Positions 1 through 14,354 are shown, counted from the stretch's first letter. The stretch: 64,000 bases of DNA from Lama guanicoe (GCA_013239625.1 MU053432.1:127940-191939), one strand, 5' to 3'. Translations and numbers: made by a program. Notes: a model not told the origin generated them from the letters alone.

Positions 1-149
1 CAGTGAGGTGCTATCTGTAATGTGTAAATAGTAACAACAATAGTAGTAATAATAACACAAGTATTAAATGTTCATTGTTGGAAAATAAACAAACAGAAAA
101 AAACAAAAACATTCATGATCTAGCCTCTGAGTAAAACTTCTTGAAAGCT

Positions 150-1432
150 AACCTACCCTTGCCAACTACACATTCTCATCCCTCCTTCCCTGTAACTCCA
201 GTCAGGCTTGAGTCCCAAACTGCTTTTGTCATGGTCACCAAAATGATCTACATATTGCCAGAGCCTGTGTTCCCATCGCTTGTATGCCTTGGCTCACTCC
301 ACCTCTCAGGGATGTTGGACACAGTTCACCAAATCCACCATCTGGACACACCTTCCTCTGTTTGAGCCGGGGATGCTCCACCCTCCTGGTTTTCCTCTAA
401 CCTCACTCTGCAGTCTCTGCAGCCCCAGTTTTCTCTGCTGGTAAATGCTGGAGTCCGCCAGGGCTGTCCTTCACCTCTTTTCTGATCTAGTTACACTCTC
501 TCCCCGGCGTTCACTGCCAGCCCCGTGACTGTTGTATCATTTACAATCTGATGATGAACAAATCTATAGCGAGTACCTCTCCTGGAGCTCTGGACTTACT
601 CCTCCAACTACCACTTGTCATCTCATCTCCCACTGAAGCAACTGGCATCTCACACAATGTCCGAAGCTGAACTCAAGTTTTCTTCCCAAATGTATTCCTT
701 TCATGGTTCTCAGCAAATTGCATCACCGTCCACCCTAAATCATCCTTGATTCCTTCCTACCACTCACCTTTATATCCAACCTATCAGCAATCAGTCAATT
801 TGACCCAGAGAATAGACCTTATGATTGGCTTCTCTCCATGTCCTTGGACACCTCCTAGCCAAGCCGCCAACAGCTCAGCCAGAACCAATACTATATTGTC
901 ACACCTTGCACCCTGCTTCCATACATGCCTGACTCCTATAGTCAGTCACTTGTTCATTCAGGAGCCAAAGTGACCATTTAAAATATGAACCACTCTATGT
1001 CTCTCCCTGGCTCGAAGCCATTTAATGTCTTCCAATCTTAGAATAAATTTCAAATTCCTGACAAAGACCACTAAGTCTTTTACTAAGTCAAACTCTTTCT
1101 TACGCAAGGGCCTTCACTCGCCCTTCTTCTTCCGCCTGGGATGTTCTTCATCAGGTCTGTGTCCAGCTGCCTCTTCCTCCATATTTCACCCAAAATATCA
1201 CCTCCTCAGAGGACTTTTCCTGACCGGTTTATCTCAAGTAGTTCCCCAAGTCACTATCACATGACTCTGATTTCCTCTGGATTTTCTGTGTATTCACTTT
1301 CTCCTCACTAGCCCGTGAGCTACGTTAAGAGGGCGGGATCTGCACCTATGTTGCTTCCTCATCTCCGCAGCACCTGGGATGGTACCTGTCTCATTGTAGT
1401 CATGTACTGAATATTGGTTGGTTATATGAATA
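150..1432 (+). mobile_element. LINE-2 3' region
   Basis: Pyrimidine-rich degenerate L2 sequence ending ..ctgaatattggttggttatatgaat. Confidence 0.7.
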
Positions 1433-1804
1433 GAAAAAAAAAATCTTAGAGATAACCATTGTTCACATTTTGTATAACGATTTATGCACCCAGCATCTCT
1501 CACTGGATTGCAACAGTCTTATAACTGGGCTTCCCTCTTTAGATATAGGAACATTATAGATATGTAGGTTTAGCTCTCCAAAAGAGATTCTTACAGAAGT
1601 GATAAGATCTAACTTTTTTTTTGGGGGGGGGCAATAATTGCCTTCCAAGTGGAGAGAAGGAGAGGAGGTCTGAGACCAGAGGCAGAAAGAGACTGAAGCC
1701 AGAAGATAGGATCAGGGCCTGAGCTAAGATGAGGGTGGGGCAGAGAGTCAGACTATACATTTAGATGGTTTAAGGTCTGGGGTGGAATTGATGGCTTTGG
1801 CTAG

Positions 1805-1949
1805 AATGGATTTTATTTATTTACTTTTTGGTTAGGGGGGTGATTAGATTTATTTACTTATTTTATTTTTAGAGGAGGTACTGGGGATTGAACCCAGGAC
1901 CTTGTGCATGCTAAGTATGCACTCTCCCACCTGAGCTATCCCTTCCCCC
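1805..1949 (-). mobile_element. tRNA-Ala-derived SINE (Vic-1-like)
   Basis: tRNA-Ala(AGC)-like head plus A-rich bipartite tail; TSD ttgatggctttggctag at 1788-1804 and 1950-1966. Confidence 0.9.
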
Positions 1950-2354
1950 TTGATGGCTTTGGCTAGGAGTGGTGGATCAAGAGAAGGATGCCCGCTGCCT
2001 AGAAATACTTGGAAACCCAATAGTCCAGTGCTGCAAAACCCACTGGCCTCAGGCAGATGGGACCAAGTGCAGTGGGTCATGTCAGCTATGACCCTTTCCA
2101 CATACTGATTTTAGAGCCTCTTCTCCACTCCCTTCTCTAGTCCCATTTCCTGTGGACCAGTTAATAATCACAAGATACCTGAAGTGCACGTTATCTCTTA
2201 AGAAGCTCCCAATCCCAGGAAGTGGTTGGAGTAGTTATTGTTATAAGCCCCAAAGTATACATGACAAACTAAAGGAGATTACTCACTCAAGGCAAGACTT
2301 GAATCTTTGACTTTTGGGACTCCAAACTCCATTTATTATTTATTGATTCTCAGA

Positions 2355-2380
2355 TCTCTCTCTGTCTCTCTGTCTCTCTC

Positions 2381-2411
<31 letters not shown>
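2355..2411. repeat. (TC)n(CA)n compound microsatellite
   Basis: Directly visible. Confidence 0.95.
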
Positions 2412-3596
2412 ATTGTTGAAAAGTAATGAGACACCTGTGTAATTTACATCCCAGAACCCCCAAAAGGGAAATCAACCAGCTAATATGTATTAAACCCTTG
2501 CTGTGTTCAGGACTGTCTGCTCAGTACGGTGAAGAAATACAAAAGAAACACAAGATGTGGTCCTTGCCTCTGAGGGATTAGCTGTTTAATCAGAGGTATA
2601 AAACAATTATTACAGAATGGAAAAGTCTATCACGGAGAGCCAAACATGTGTATATCTTTCTATGTGGTGGAATTTTGGAGGAGGAAGAGGCAGAGCCGCG
2701 GGCCAAAGTCAGCCAAGACGGCTCTGATGTATACAATGCCAGCTTTTACAAAAGGCTGGCTCTTGCCTCACACAGAACTGACCTGAGCCTGACCATTAGG
2801 CTTCAGGGAGCTGTCCTGGGAAGAGGCCACTTTGCCAAAAGACCTTTACTTGCCAAGTATTTCTTTTTCTAATTAGGATTTATCAAGTTTGTAGCATGTT
2901 ATTAGCGATGGGATTATGTACAGAATGCAAAGACTGAGAATGCGCCTGCCCTGAATATAAATACTTAGGACTCCTTGCATCCTGTTGTTATTAACATTGG
3001 GCCCTAATGGTCTGCGCAATCTCTTGTGTTTCATAGTTCAGTTATAATGTGTCAATTTGGGGGATTGGGTAAAAGAGGTGTTGAAAGCAGTTAACACTGA
3101 AAAATGGGAGCCTCTGGGTACACCACAACCTCGCTTTATCCATCAGATTTGGAAGCTGAACCCATTCAAGCTAGTTTAAGCAGAAAAGGAATTTACTGAA
3201 GAGTATTTAGTTCCTCTCAAGATCTTCAGGAAGGTCAGAGAATCAAGCTCAGAGGAGCTTAGATCAAGCATCATACCCAAGTTTTACCATCAAACTCCAC
3301 TGATGGAGATGCTATTGCTATGGCCACTGGGCACAGGCGTCTCTGCCCAAATCCTGGTCCTGGGCACAGGATTTTATAGCCAGAACATGCCACAGCCACC
3401 TTTGACTGTTGGATATCTGTCTTTCAGCATCCTTGCTGGGAGGAATTCTGCGATGCACCTCCTTCTTTATCTTATTTGCTTCCAAACTGACATCTTACAG
3501 CTGGTTGCCAGAGTCTGGGCCACATGCTTATGCCCTAGTTGCAAGGGAAGTTGAGGGAAACAGGCCCACGGAGTCAGGAGTCCTAGCTTAGTGAAG

Positions 3597-5345
3597 TCCC
3601 TTGTCTCCTCAGGCAAGAGAAACAAAAACAGAAATAAACAAATGGGACTACATCAAACTAAAAAGCTTTTGTGCAGTGAAGGAAACTATCAACAAAACAA
3701 AAAGGCCACCTACTGAATGGGAAGAGATATTGGCAAATGATGTACCTGATAAGGGGTTAATGTACAAAAGATACATGAAACTCATACAACTCAACACCAG
3801 AAAAGAAAAAAAAATCCCACTGTCTTCTTTTTTTTTTTAATTTTTTTTTGTTTCATAATCATCATTTTGTGGTGTTTTATAATATTGTGTTCAGCACAAT
3901 TTTTCAGTCATTCATGGACATATACACACTCATTGTCACATTTTTTTCTCTGTGATTTATCATAACATTTTGTGTATATTTCCCTGTGCTATACAGTGTA
4001 ATCTTGTTTATCTATTCTACAATTTTGAAATCCCAGTCTATCCCTTCCCACCCTCTACCCCCCTGGTAACCACAAGTCTGTATTCTCTGTCCATGAGTCT
4101 ATTTCTGTCCTGTATTTATGCTTTGTTTTTGTTTGTTTGTTTTTGTTTTTTAGATTCCACATATGAGCGATCTCATATGGTATTTTTCTTTCTCTTTCTG
4201 GCTTACTTCACTTAGAATGACATTCTCTAGGAGCATCCATGTTGCTGCAAATGGCATTATGTTGTCGGTTTTTATGGCTGAGTAGTATTCCATTGTATAA
4301 ATATACCACATCTTCTTTATCCAGTCACCTGTTGATGGACATTTAGGCTGTTTCCATGTTTTGGCTATTGTAAATAGTGCTGCTATGAACATTGGGGTGC
4401 AGGTGTCATCCTGAAGTAGATTTCCTTCTGGATACAAGCCCAGGAGTGGGATTCCTGGGTCATATGGTAAGTCTATTCCTAGTCTTTTGAGGAATCTCCA
4501 CACTGTTTTCCATAGTGGCTGCACCAAACTGCATTCCCACCAGCAGTGTAGGAGGGTTCCCCTTTCTCCACAGCCTCTCCAGCATTTGTCATTTTTGGAT
4601 TTTTGAATGACTGCCATTCTGACTGGTGTGAGGTGATAACCTCATTGTAGTTTTGACCCACTGTCTTCTTGATGATGGCTATTTTGACAAGTGTGAAGTG
4701 ATATCTCACTGTGGTTTTGATTTGCATCTCCTTTATGATTAGTGATATTAAGCATCTTTTCATGTGCCTGTTGGCCATCTGTATGTCTTCTTTGGAAAAA
4801 TATCTATTCAGGTCCTCTGCCCAGAATGGCTATCATCAAAATGACAACAAATAAGTATTGGTGAAGATGTGAGAAAAGGGAACCCCCCCCTTCCCGTGCA
4901 CTGTTGGTGGGAGTGTTAACTGACGCAGCCACTATGAGAAACAGTATGGAGGTTCCCCCCCAAACTTAAAAATAGAACTATTATATGGTCCACCAATTCC
5001 ATTTCTGGATATTTTCCCAAAGAGAACAAAAGCATTAATTCAGAAAGATGTAGGCATCCCTATGTTCTTTGCAGCATTATTTACAATAGCCAAGTTATGG
5101 AAGCAACCTAAATGCCCATCCATAGATGAATGGATAAATAAGACATACATATATATATACATACATACAATGAAATATTTATTACTCAGCTATTGGACAG
5201 AAAAATCTTGCCATTTGCAACAACATGGATGGCCCTAGAGGGTATTATGCTAAGTGAAATAAGTCGGACAGAGAAAGACAAATACCTTATGATTTCACTT
5301 ATACGTGGAATCTAGGAAACAAACAAACAAAAATGAACATTAAAA
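3597..5345 (+). mobile_element. Older LINE-1 ORF2 3' fragment with an inverted internal piece (4657-4823), interrupted by the young L1
   Basis: Plus-strand INKWDYIKLKSFC (3601-3815) and plus-strand ORF2 end/3'UTR (4823-5345); minus-strand [15 protein letters not shown] in between. Confidence 0.88.
3830..4656 (-). mobile_element. Young 5'-truncated LINE-1 3' end
   Basis: ORF 4150-4617 is nearly identical to the last 155 aa of the 29390-31012 ORF; poly(T) at ~3830; 14-bp TSD cccactgtcttctt at 3816-3829 and 4657-4670. Confidence 0.96.
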
Positions 5346-6289
5346 ATAAGACATCTGTACTCTTTGGGAAGGAGAAAGTAGTCAGTGAGCCAAATGACAC
5401 CAAGAAAACTAACTATGAATGAACTGCCCTGGCTGGATGATTCACTCTCTCCGCACACATTCTGTAACCCCGTGCCTGTTTACAGATGTATTCAGTGTCA
5501 CGGTCAGGGAGGAAAAGGCCACTATGAAATACTGCCAGGAGGCGTCCCTCCAGTGCCAACCTAAATGTAAGGGCTATAATGTGTGGTCCCCTCATCCTGA
5601 TGGCCATAGGGCTAAATATCCCCCAGACAGCTTGCCTGAGAAGAGCATGGGTGCCGTGCTGAGGCTGGCATGGGAACACTGTGTGGTCTTGGGCCTTTCT
5701 GAGCCCCAGTTTCTTCATCTGCAAAGTGGAGCTCATGAGGTGGAATATGCAAAGACTTCAGTTCATGGTGGATCCTCAATACCAGTGTCCTAATCACATC
5801 ACTCATAGTATCAAGTTTTCTATATAATAAGAATTCAGTGATTAAAGAAAATTCCAAGTGTCAGGAACAGCAAATGCACAATCTTTGGGACATGGGAAAG
5901 ATGGGTTTGTTTCAAATGGGATGCAGTCTTCTGGTCTAGAGGGCAGATTTCAGTGGAGAATGGCAGGAGGGAAGCTGGGCCAGTGGGCAGGGAGGGCTCA
6001 GCTAAATGGGAAGTCATCGAATCCCATCAGCACTCAAAAGCACAGCGCCTGGGCTGGAAGCTACACAGAGGACAGATTGGTGGGAAGTGAGGCCAGGGTC
6101 CTGGGAAAGACGCTGAGGGCCACTACTGGGCTTATGGCAGATGGACAGAGAAATAAAAATTAGTGAGAAAAGTATGAGATAACCCAAGCAGGACGTGATA
6201 AACGACTGACTGTAAGGGGTAGGGACAGGGAAGTCTCCGTGACAGTGGTGCTCACCCTTGGCTTCTCTTTGAAAGAGTGGTTTTACTGT

Positions 6290-7070
6290 AGAAAGAGCTT
6301 CTTCAAATTAATAAGAAAAAGAAATCAAAAACCCTTGGGTAAAGGATACAAACAGAGAGTTCACAGGAAAGGAACAAATGACTCTTTGATATATGAAAAG
6401 ACGATTGTCATCACTCAGAATAGTGAAAATGCAAATTTAAAATATATTGACCTACAATTTTTCACCCATCAGTTTGGCAGAAATTAAATCATGATAACAT
6501 ACCTTGCCACGGGGAAAGAGGTACCCTTTCTTCCAGCACACTGTTGATGGGAGAACAGAGCCTTCTTCAGGTCAATTTGACCCTCTCCCTCACTTAAAAG
6601 TACACCTGCTCATTGACCCTGATACCCCATTCTTCTTACAGATAAACCTGCACATGCCATGTAAGTTTATTCACTGGGGCGTAATTTGTCATTGTAAGGG
6701 TGAGACCAACCTAAATCGTATCATTTGTGGACTGGTTAGGTAAATTAAAGCACATTCATACAGTGGGATTACTTAGTCATCATATATTAAAAAAAACAGA
6801 CTATTAATAAGGAATGATCTGTAAGATACAGTTAAGTCAAAAACGTAAGATCTAGAGCAGTGTGCATACAAAGTTATCATCAGCCTATAAAAAGGAACCG
6901 AAAATAAGCTTAACCTGGGTAGTATAATCATAAACTTTCTTCTAAGTGGAGGACCTAGGTGACTGGGAGACAGGAGTAGGAGAGAGACTTTATTAGGTAG
7001 TCTTTTGTACCAAGTACAAATATTACCTATTTACCAAAAAATGGAATTAAATTAAGAAAAGAACCTACTA
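6290..7070 (+). mobile_element. Very old L1M (L1ME-like) 3' fragment
   Basis: Degenerate ORF2-end and 3'UTR motifs. Confidence 0.6.
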
Positions 7071-9934
7071 ATTTAAAGGCAACACAATAGAGTGGAAAGA
7101 ACTTAGGGTTAGACACCTGAAGCCACCAAAAATGAAGTTTTAAGTTAAAAAAAATGATGCCCAGGCCACACACCAGTCCAGTTACATCAGAATCTTAGGT
7201 GAGAGGGAAGCGGGGAGCAGAGAACTCAAACTATTTTTTGAAGCTTCCCAGTGGTTCCCGTGTGCAGTCAATGGTAAAAACCACAGTGGTAGCTACTCTC
7301 AGTGTTTTGGCCTTAGTGCTTGGAGGATCAGCTGAGCCCCTGTCAGTCTCAGCATCTAAATCTGACTTTTCCACCCACTAAGCACCAGCTTGATCCCTAT
7401 GTACTTCTCTGATCTGTTCCTGGCACAGAAGCATTTGGTCCTTATCTTTGTAAGCTGCTCATCCCTGCCCTCTAGGCAGCAGGAACTCATTGATCTTCTT
7501 ATGAACTTGACAAAAACCCAAGTAAAGTTCCTAACCTCTTGTCACTTCTATGACAGGCAATGTATTATTTTTAATTAAGAAGGCAATTGTCCCAGCAGGA
7601 GTGAGTAAGGACCATACCTCTTTCTGTGCCACTCTCTCCCAGTGACTTCGGATGATTACAAGTGCCAGAAACAGAACACTCTGGCTCCGGCAATAAAGAT
7701 ACTTGTTGTTTTCAAATAAAAAGCTGCCTGGTGGTGGGCTGGGCTCCAGGCTGGGTAACTCAGGACTCTGCACCCACTTCTCTGAGAATTTCTTCACCCT
7801 GACTCACTCCCTGAATGGGTTTCCTCTTCATGCTGGTAGCAAGGTAGCAGCAACGTGTCCAGATTTCATCCACAAACTGCAAGATACAGAGAAAGATGAA
7901 GGAATGGTCTCCTCCTGAGTCTCTTTCTTCTCAGGAAAAAAAAAAATATCCTGAAACTCCTAGCTCCCTTAATCTCATTAGTCAAATTGCCACATACCCA
8001 TTCTAAACCCAGCTATCTTGAAAAAAGAATAAGATTATCACTGGTGGGTTACACCAGTGGTTCTCAGCGGGGAGTGATTTCTTTTCAGGAAAAGAAGGGA
8101 TGTGGTAGTCAACCAACAGTATCGCCTACATTACTGCTTCAAAGATCCTGGGGTCCAGCATCTGCCTCCAGCAGAGGAATCCTGACAGGGAATTTATAGA
8201 TCGATGGCCTAATCACAACAGATGACATGGATCTACATTCCCAGAACCCAGTGAGGCTAACATTCATGAGGTCAACATCTGTGAATTAATACTTAACGTT
8301 TCTGCAGAACTAGAAGGCTGGCACTCCAAATGGCCACAGAACACTTGCTCATTGGTCAATCCAAGAACATTAAAACTTTGTTTCAGTCTTATCAGAGAGG
8401 ACAGTGTGATGTCACTCTTGGTAGGATTTTTAACCACCAGGGAAAATGTGGGGTTGGCTACTCCCACTTGCAACACGGGTTGGTGTCTCAAGGAGACATG
8501 GGAGTTCAGGGAGTCAAGATTAAAGTATCAGCTAAAACATCCAGAACAATACATCCCCGTTCTTTGGTTTTTAGCTGAGACAGTTATTTATCCAATATCT
8601 CTTTGGCCTGAAAACATTAATTACAAAGACCAACATTTTAGGACAAAGAGCAGGGTTGACATGTCATCCTAGGAACTGTGTATGTCTGTGTAGATTTCTG
8701 ATTACAAAGTCTCTGGAAATATCTTGAGAACTAACTCATGTCCACAGAGCAGGCCCAAACTTCCGGCGTCATCAGGTCTCAGCCACCCCCAGTGAAAGGC
8801 AGCTGGTTTCCATGCCAACATGGCTTTGTCCCTGAGTTCTGTTCTAAAACAAAGTTTTGTTAAACTTAAAACTTAATTCACCCCGTGTCTCACATCCCTA
8901 TAAGTTATAGTTACTATCTGTTGTAATCATTAGTTCTAGCCACCAAATATTCCTAGTTCTCCAAGTTCATGGTAGGATTTTATAACCCGGTTCCTTTGAA
9001 TTTAGATGTGGTCACGTGACTTGCTTTGGTCAATGAAAATGCCAGCAAGGAGACACAAAAAATTGAGCATTGGCTATCGTGGAAGGACAGAGACAGCCTC
9101 TGTCAACCTGGATCGCTAAGTGAAGATGACATGGAGCAGAGTCCCCATCAACCTATAATGTTGGGGCTGTTTGTTACAGCAGTATAACCTACTTTATCCT
9201 AACTGATACAGTTCCCAAAATCTTGGCTCCCCTTCAGTCATTCATTTCCTCCTACATCTTCTCCCTGTATTGCCTCAAGCTTGCTCTCCTCTGTCTGATT
9301 TCCTACCTCACTTTTCTTCTCCCCAAATCTACAGCATGCCTTCTGGAGCCCCAGTTTTGTGCCAGAGAAATTCTCCAGATCCTTAGCTTCTCCACAAAAT
9401 GTGTCCTTTACCTCTGGGCCTTACCTGCACCCTGGCTCTCCTCTAAAGTCTTCTCATCTCACACACCTCAGAACTGAGGGTTGGGAGGTGAGATTGGTAC
9501 TCCCAATGCCAGTGCTGGTTCTGTCCTTGAGCACAAGTTCCACTCCTTTAAGATTCATGGCCTCCAACTGATCACCCCAGGGCTTTCCTCATTTTACTGA
9601 CATCCTGCTCAGATGTCTTGGGCACCTGGATCATAGTCTCCCTGTCTTCTCCAAGTCTTGCAGAATCCTGGGAGACTGCAGTGGTCCTGTGGACAACTAC
9701 CTAACACCCTGGTCTCATAGCTTCTGCACCTGTCCAAATCCATCCACCTCCATCCTCTTTGTATTCTGGCCACTCTGTCTGAGGCTACATCCTAAACCTT
9801 GTCACCACTCAGAACTGTTTCCCTCATGCAGTCAAAGCTGTGTGTGACCACCATGGAGGAACAATGAAATGCCTCAGGAGACAGAGCTGCACTGGATCCT
9901 AGACAATCTTCCTCTTCCCAAACTATGTCCTAGA

Positions 9935-10110
9935 GCAGAGGCTGTCAAATTTTAATGATTCTTTCTAATCACCTGGGAATCTTGTTAAAAGGCAGACTCT
10001 GATTAAGCAGATCTGGATTGAGACCTGAGATTCTGTACATCTAACAGTCTCCCAGGTGACAGCCGTGCTGCCGGACCATGGACTTTCCTTTAAGTCACGA
10101 GGAACAAAGT
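9935..10110. mobile_element. MER5-like MITE (similar copies at ~7120-7290, ~23010-23178, ~37430-37550, ~45690-45808)
   Basis: aatcacctgggaatcttgttaaaa..cctgagattctg..tctaaca motif. Confidence 0.7.
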
Positions 10111-10949
10111 GACCATGGGACCTGGCTGCCCTGTGCTTTCTAGTCTTCCTATGAGAAGAGCTCACCACTGCCTCTTGGACTTCTAATCAATCCCTGTGTA
10201 ACCTACCCAACAAGTGGAGACCTGTCTCAAGAAATCCAGTAAACTGTGGGTTCTGCCTGGAGTTTGGGATTTTGACTTTTAAGTTTTTAAAGAATCTCAG
10301 ACGTAAATGATTCACTCTTCTTCAATGCATAACACACTCTCATCAGCCTATGAAAGGTCCTTCCTCTTGTAGTTTATTTCTTTTCATTTTCATTTTTTAA
10401 AAACTCTTCCACCCTGATACCTGTTGCTTTTCCCTCCCCGGCCCTTGTCATAGGCCAGCATGCTACAGTCTGTTCAATATAGGTCCTTAAATATGCACTC
10501 ATTCAACCTTGTAAAATTAACTGTGTATACTTATGTTTTTAAATTATGAAAATGATGTGCAATTTACAAGGAAAAAAACAGAAGACATTCATATGAGGTC
10601 TTGAGGGCTTCATGTCCCCCTTATTTATATGGAAAAGAATGCACCCCTCATTATTTGAAACAGCCCCCGGAGAGTCTCTATTTCTTGCCACTAAAATTAT
10701 GTAAGGAACACATTACCTCATGTGATCATTGTGAGCTTAACTGAGAGAGGGATGTGGTGTCTAGATGTCCTCAGTCCATTGCTCCATAAGTGTCAGAAGC
10801 TCTTCTATTGTAGTTGGCAAAGTGCAAGATGGTGAGTGACTTAGGTCAGGATTGAGAATTCAGTCTCCATGTGGCCCAGGTAGCTATGCTAGATACCAAC
10901 AGCATCCCTAACACTAACCTAAAGTAGTGCTGTAACCTCTTTGACATAA

Positions 10950-12060
10950 TGATAGAAGTTTAAATCAGGACGAGATAGAGCAAAGAGCCCAGAAACAGAA
11001 CCAGAGACACACAGGGGTTTAGTATATGCTAAAGGGTGGTTTTCCAAGCCAGTGAGGAAAAGATGGATTAACTAATAAAAAGTGTTGAAATATTAGGGTG
11101 ACCATCAGTAAAGAAAAATTAATTTGGATTCTTATCTTATTGCTTACAGCAAAATAAATTCAAGACAAAGCAAATATTTATATGTTAAAAAATTAATTAT
11201 TAGAAAAAGTCATGGGAAAAGTTTTGCAATAACCTCCAATTAAAGTTTGTCTAAGCACTATACAAAAACCCAGATGCCTTAAAAGAAAGATGAATTTAGC
11301 TACATTAAATTTTTTTAATTCCTGAAGACAAACCTATCATAAATACACTTCCTTAAAATATAAATAACTTATACAAATCAATAAGAAAAAAACACTGTCT
11401 CATTTGAAAAAGTGGACAATATGGAGAGTTCACAGAAAAGAAAGTATAAATGCTCTAAACATACAAGAATATGCTTGAAATCACTTGTGATTTAAAAATG
11501 CAAATTAGAATAATAATGACAATGCATTTTTCAGCTTATAGATTGACAATTTTGAACGATTTTAGAAACTACTAACAAAGGTTTATGGAAACAGGCAGTC
11601 TTGTAAATGACTCAAGGGGGCAATTTAACAACCTGTCAAATTTAAAATGGACGTATCTTTTGACTTTCAGAATGTATTCACAAATATACTTGAATATGTG
11701 TGAAATTACATGTCATTTTATTAATGCCAGTTATGATTTGTCTAAATAATGGATTACTATATGCAGCTATAAAGAGTTGTAAATCTTTTGGACTATTGAT
11801 GCAGAACATACTGTTTAGAGGACAGAGAAAGTTGGACAACAACGTAGAAGTTGGGAGGAGGGGAAAGCAAGTGCAAATATATGCATATTTGTAAGCACGG
11901 AGATCTCCAGCAGGTTATGCAAGAAGCTTACAAAGAGGATGTGGGGACAGTGTGGGCAGAGGAGGGAGGCAACATTTTGTGTTATCCTTTTCCAGCCCGA
12001 TGAATTTTACAGTATGTGCAATCATCACAAAATGTAATAAAAATGTAATAATAAATACAT
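10950..12060 (+). mobile_element. Very old L1M fragment
   Basis: A-rich degenerate ORF2-end motifs (aagagcccagaaacagaacca, ttcacagaaaag..aatgcaaatta). Confidence 0.65.
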
Positions 12061-12929
12061 ATAGCAAATGCTACCAGTTTTTCCAGCAGAAACTTTTGAC
12101 ACCTATTGAGTTATGGTTCTAATTGCTATTGACAAACCAAAAAGGAAGTTTAGAAAGGAAGTAGAAAGAGACTCTAGGGAGGACCTGTTTTTATTCTGGG
12201 GTTGGTTTTTCTAGGCATCTGGTGATGAAGTAATGCCTGTTTTCTCAAACCACAAGATTATGAGGAATGGCTATAGTGTAGTCTCAAAGAGTGGGTGGCG
12301 GGTGGCAAAGATCCATCACTCACTGATCCATGAGAGCCAGTGCTGGTCGGTGGGGCTGGCAGGCAGTAGGGGCTCACTAGGGGCAAACTGAGAGAGAAAG
12401 ACCGAAGCACTGGGGCTGTTGATTCAACAGTCAGGGCCCAAGGCCAGGGCCAGAATGCCTGAAACCCCTCTGGAACACAGGGATCAAAAGAAAAAAAAAA
12501 AAGTGCAAAGAGCTCAGCCTCTGGGCATGAAGAAAAATAAACAAGCAGCCGAGGCAGAACGTAGCAGCTTGAAAGAACAAAGAATATCAGGGTAGGGAAT
12601 GAGGTGTGAGAGGCGGGAGGAAGGCAGAGGTTCACTATGGCTGAGGCAGAGAATACTCATCTCTCTTCATTTTGTGTCGGAGGCATCATCTCAAGAGATA
12701 AGGTCGAGCACTGTGCAGCCTGAGTTCACATTCAGGGTAATAATGGTGCGTTAATGTTTAACCCCACTTAGAGGATAATCAGCACACAGTTCTGAGAGCT
12801 TTGACAGATGGGACTCTCAGGGAAGCGCCCAGCGTGATGCTCCCCGGGGCTTCAAGTTTTCTCTGTATTGGTACCATCCATCCATCATTACTCAGCCTGT
12901 CAGACTCGGTTCCCTTTGCCCTGAAGGCT

Positions 12930-13970
12930 TTCATTCATTCATTCCTTTCTTCATTCATTGATTTAACAGGAATTTACTGAGTAGCTATTATACCAAGCAC
13001 TGTGTTAAGCCCGGAGACAAAGCAGTTAACATGACAAATACGATTTCTACCTTCAGGGAGCTTACAATCTAGAGAAAATACAGACAGTTAAAAACTAAAA
13101 ACACAAATAAATATATGATCCAAATTATGCCACATGCTATGAGGGAAGAATGTGATGCCCTGAGAGCCAGAAGCTGTAGCCTATTTGGGATTGTGTGGTC
13201 AGGAAAGAGGGCAGCCAGGATGCTCAAGTGGACACTGCACAATGCGCACGGCATCCCCAGATGCCAGCCAGACAGAGCGGGCCCAAAAAGCCTCCCAGGA
13301 GAGGGACCAGCATGCTCAAAGCCCCCAGAGTGAGAAACATTTGGGCAAGGACAAGTCACTAGGGGCAGCATGGAGGAAGGGGTGTGAGATGAGGCAGATT
13401 CATGGAGCATTTAGAGGGCTATGACGGGATGGTGGGATTTTTATTCTAAGTTCTAAATAGTACTAAGTAGGGGAGTGACCCGGTTCAATGTATAAATATT
13501 TTTATAAGCCCCTCTGGCTACTGTTTGGAGCATGAATTGGAAGAGAGCGGAAGAAGGAGTTGGTAACCAGTTAGGAGACCACTGCGTCAATCAGACAAAA
13601 GACAGAGGATGCAGCAAAGAATGATGGTAGCAGAGAGAAAGGAACGTGCAGAGTCAAGACACATTTGGAGATAGAATTCACAGCACTTTCTGGTAGATTG
13701 GATGTAAAAGGTGAAGAATGACTCCAAGTTTCTGGCTTAAGCAAACAAGTAGTACCTTTTATTGAGGAGAATATGGGGAAGAATGGCTTTAAGTAGGTAG
13801 ATCCAGAGAGCCCTGCTGGACAAGCTAACCTGAAACATTTGCAATAATCTAAGTGGCGATGACAAGTAGACAGCTGGTTCTAAGAGCTGTTTTTTTTTTT
13901 CATATCAGAGATCTGACTGGAGATAAAACATGGGAATTGTCAGCATAACGTTGTATTTCAAGTCATGGGA
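12930..13970 (-). mobile_element. LINE-2 3' region
   Basis: (ttca)n tail followed by atttactgag..ccaagcactgtgttaag. Confidence 0.75.
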
Positions 13971-14354
13971 TACCAGTCAAACAGGATCCACTCAGTTTAC
14001 TAATCCAGTAATAGAACACCGTGTCAAGAGACCTTTTAATGGGAAATTTCCTTAAGATGGGAAGGAATGATGATTAAGGTTATAACCTGAAATAAAATTC
14101 TATCTACTTTACTAGAAAAAAATAAAATAGAAAATAAAGTCATGGGAAAGGAAGACTCCCAAGTGAGGGAGTGTGGGCAGAGAAGCTTTAAAAGTTTCTA
14201 ATGTGTTTGAAATTTTTCAGTCTCCCATACATTGCTGGCCATGTCGCATAAACTTCTGGAGCATCTGGGAGCGAGTCTCCACCTTTGTATTTAGCAGGAC
14301 AGACAGTGAAACTGGCTTCTTTTCTTACCAACAGATGTTTGACCGACTTGGTAT

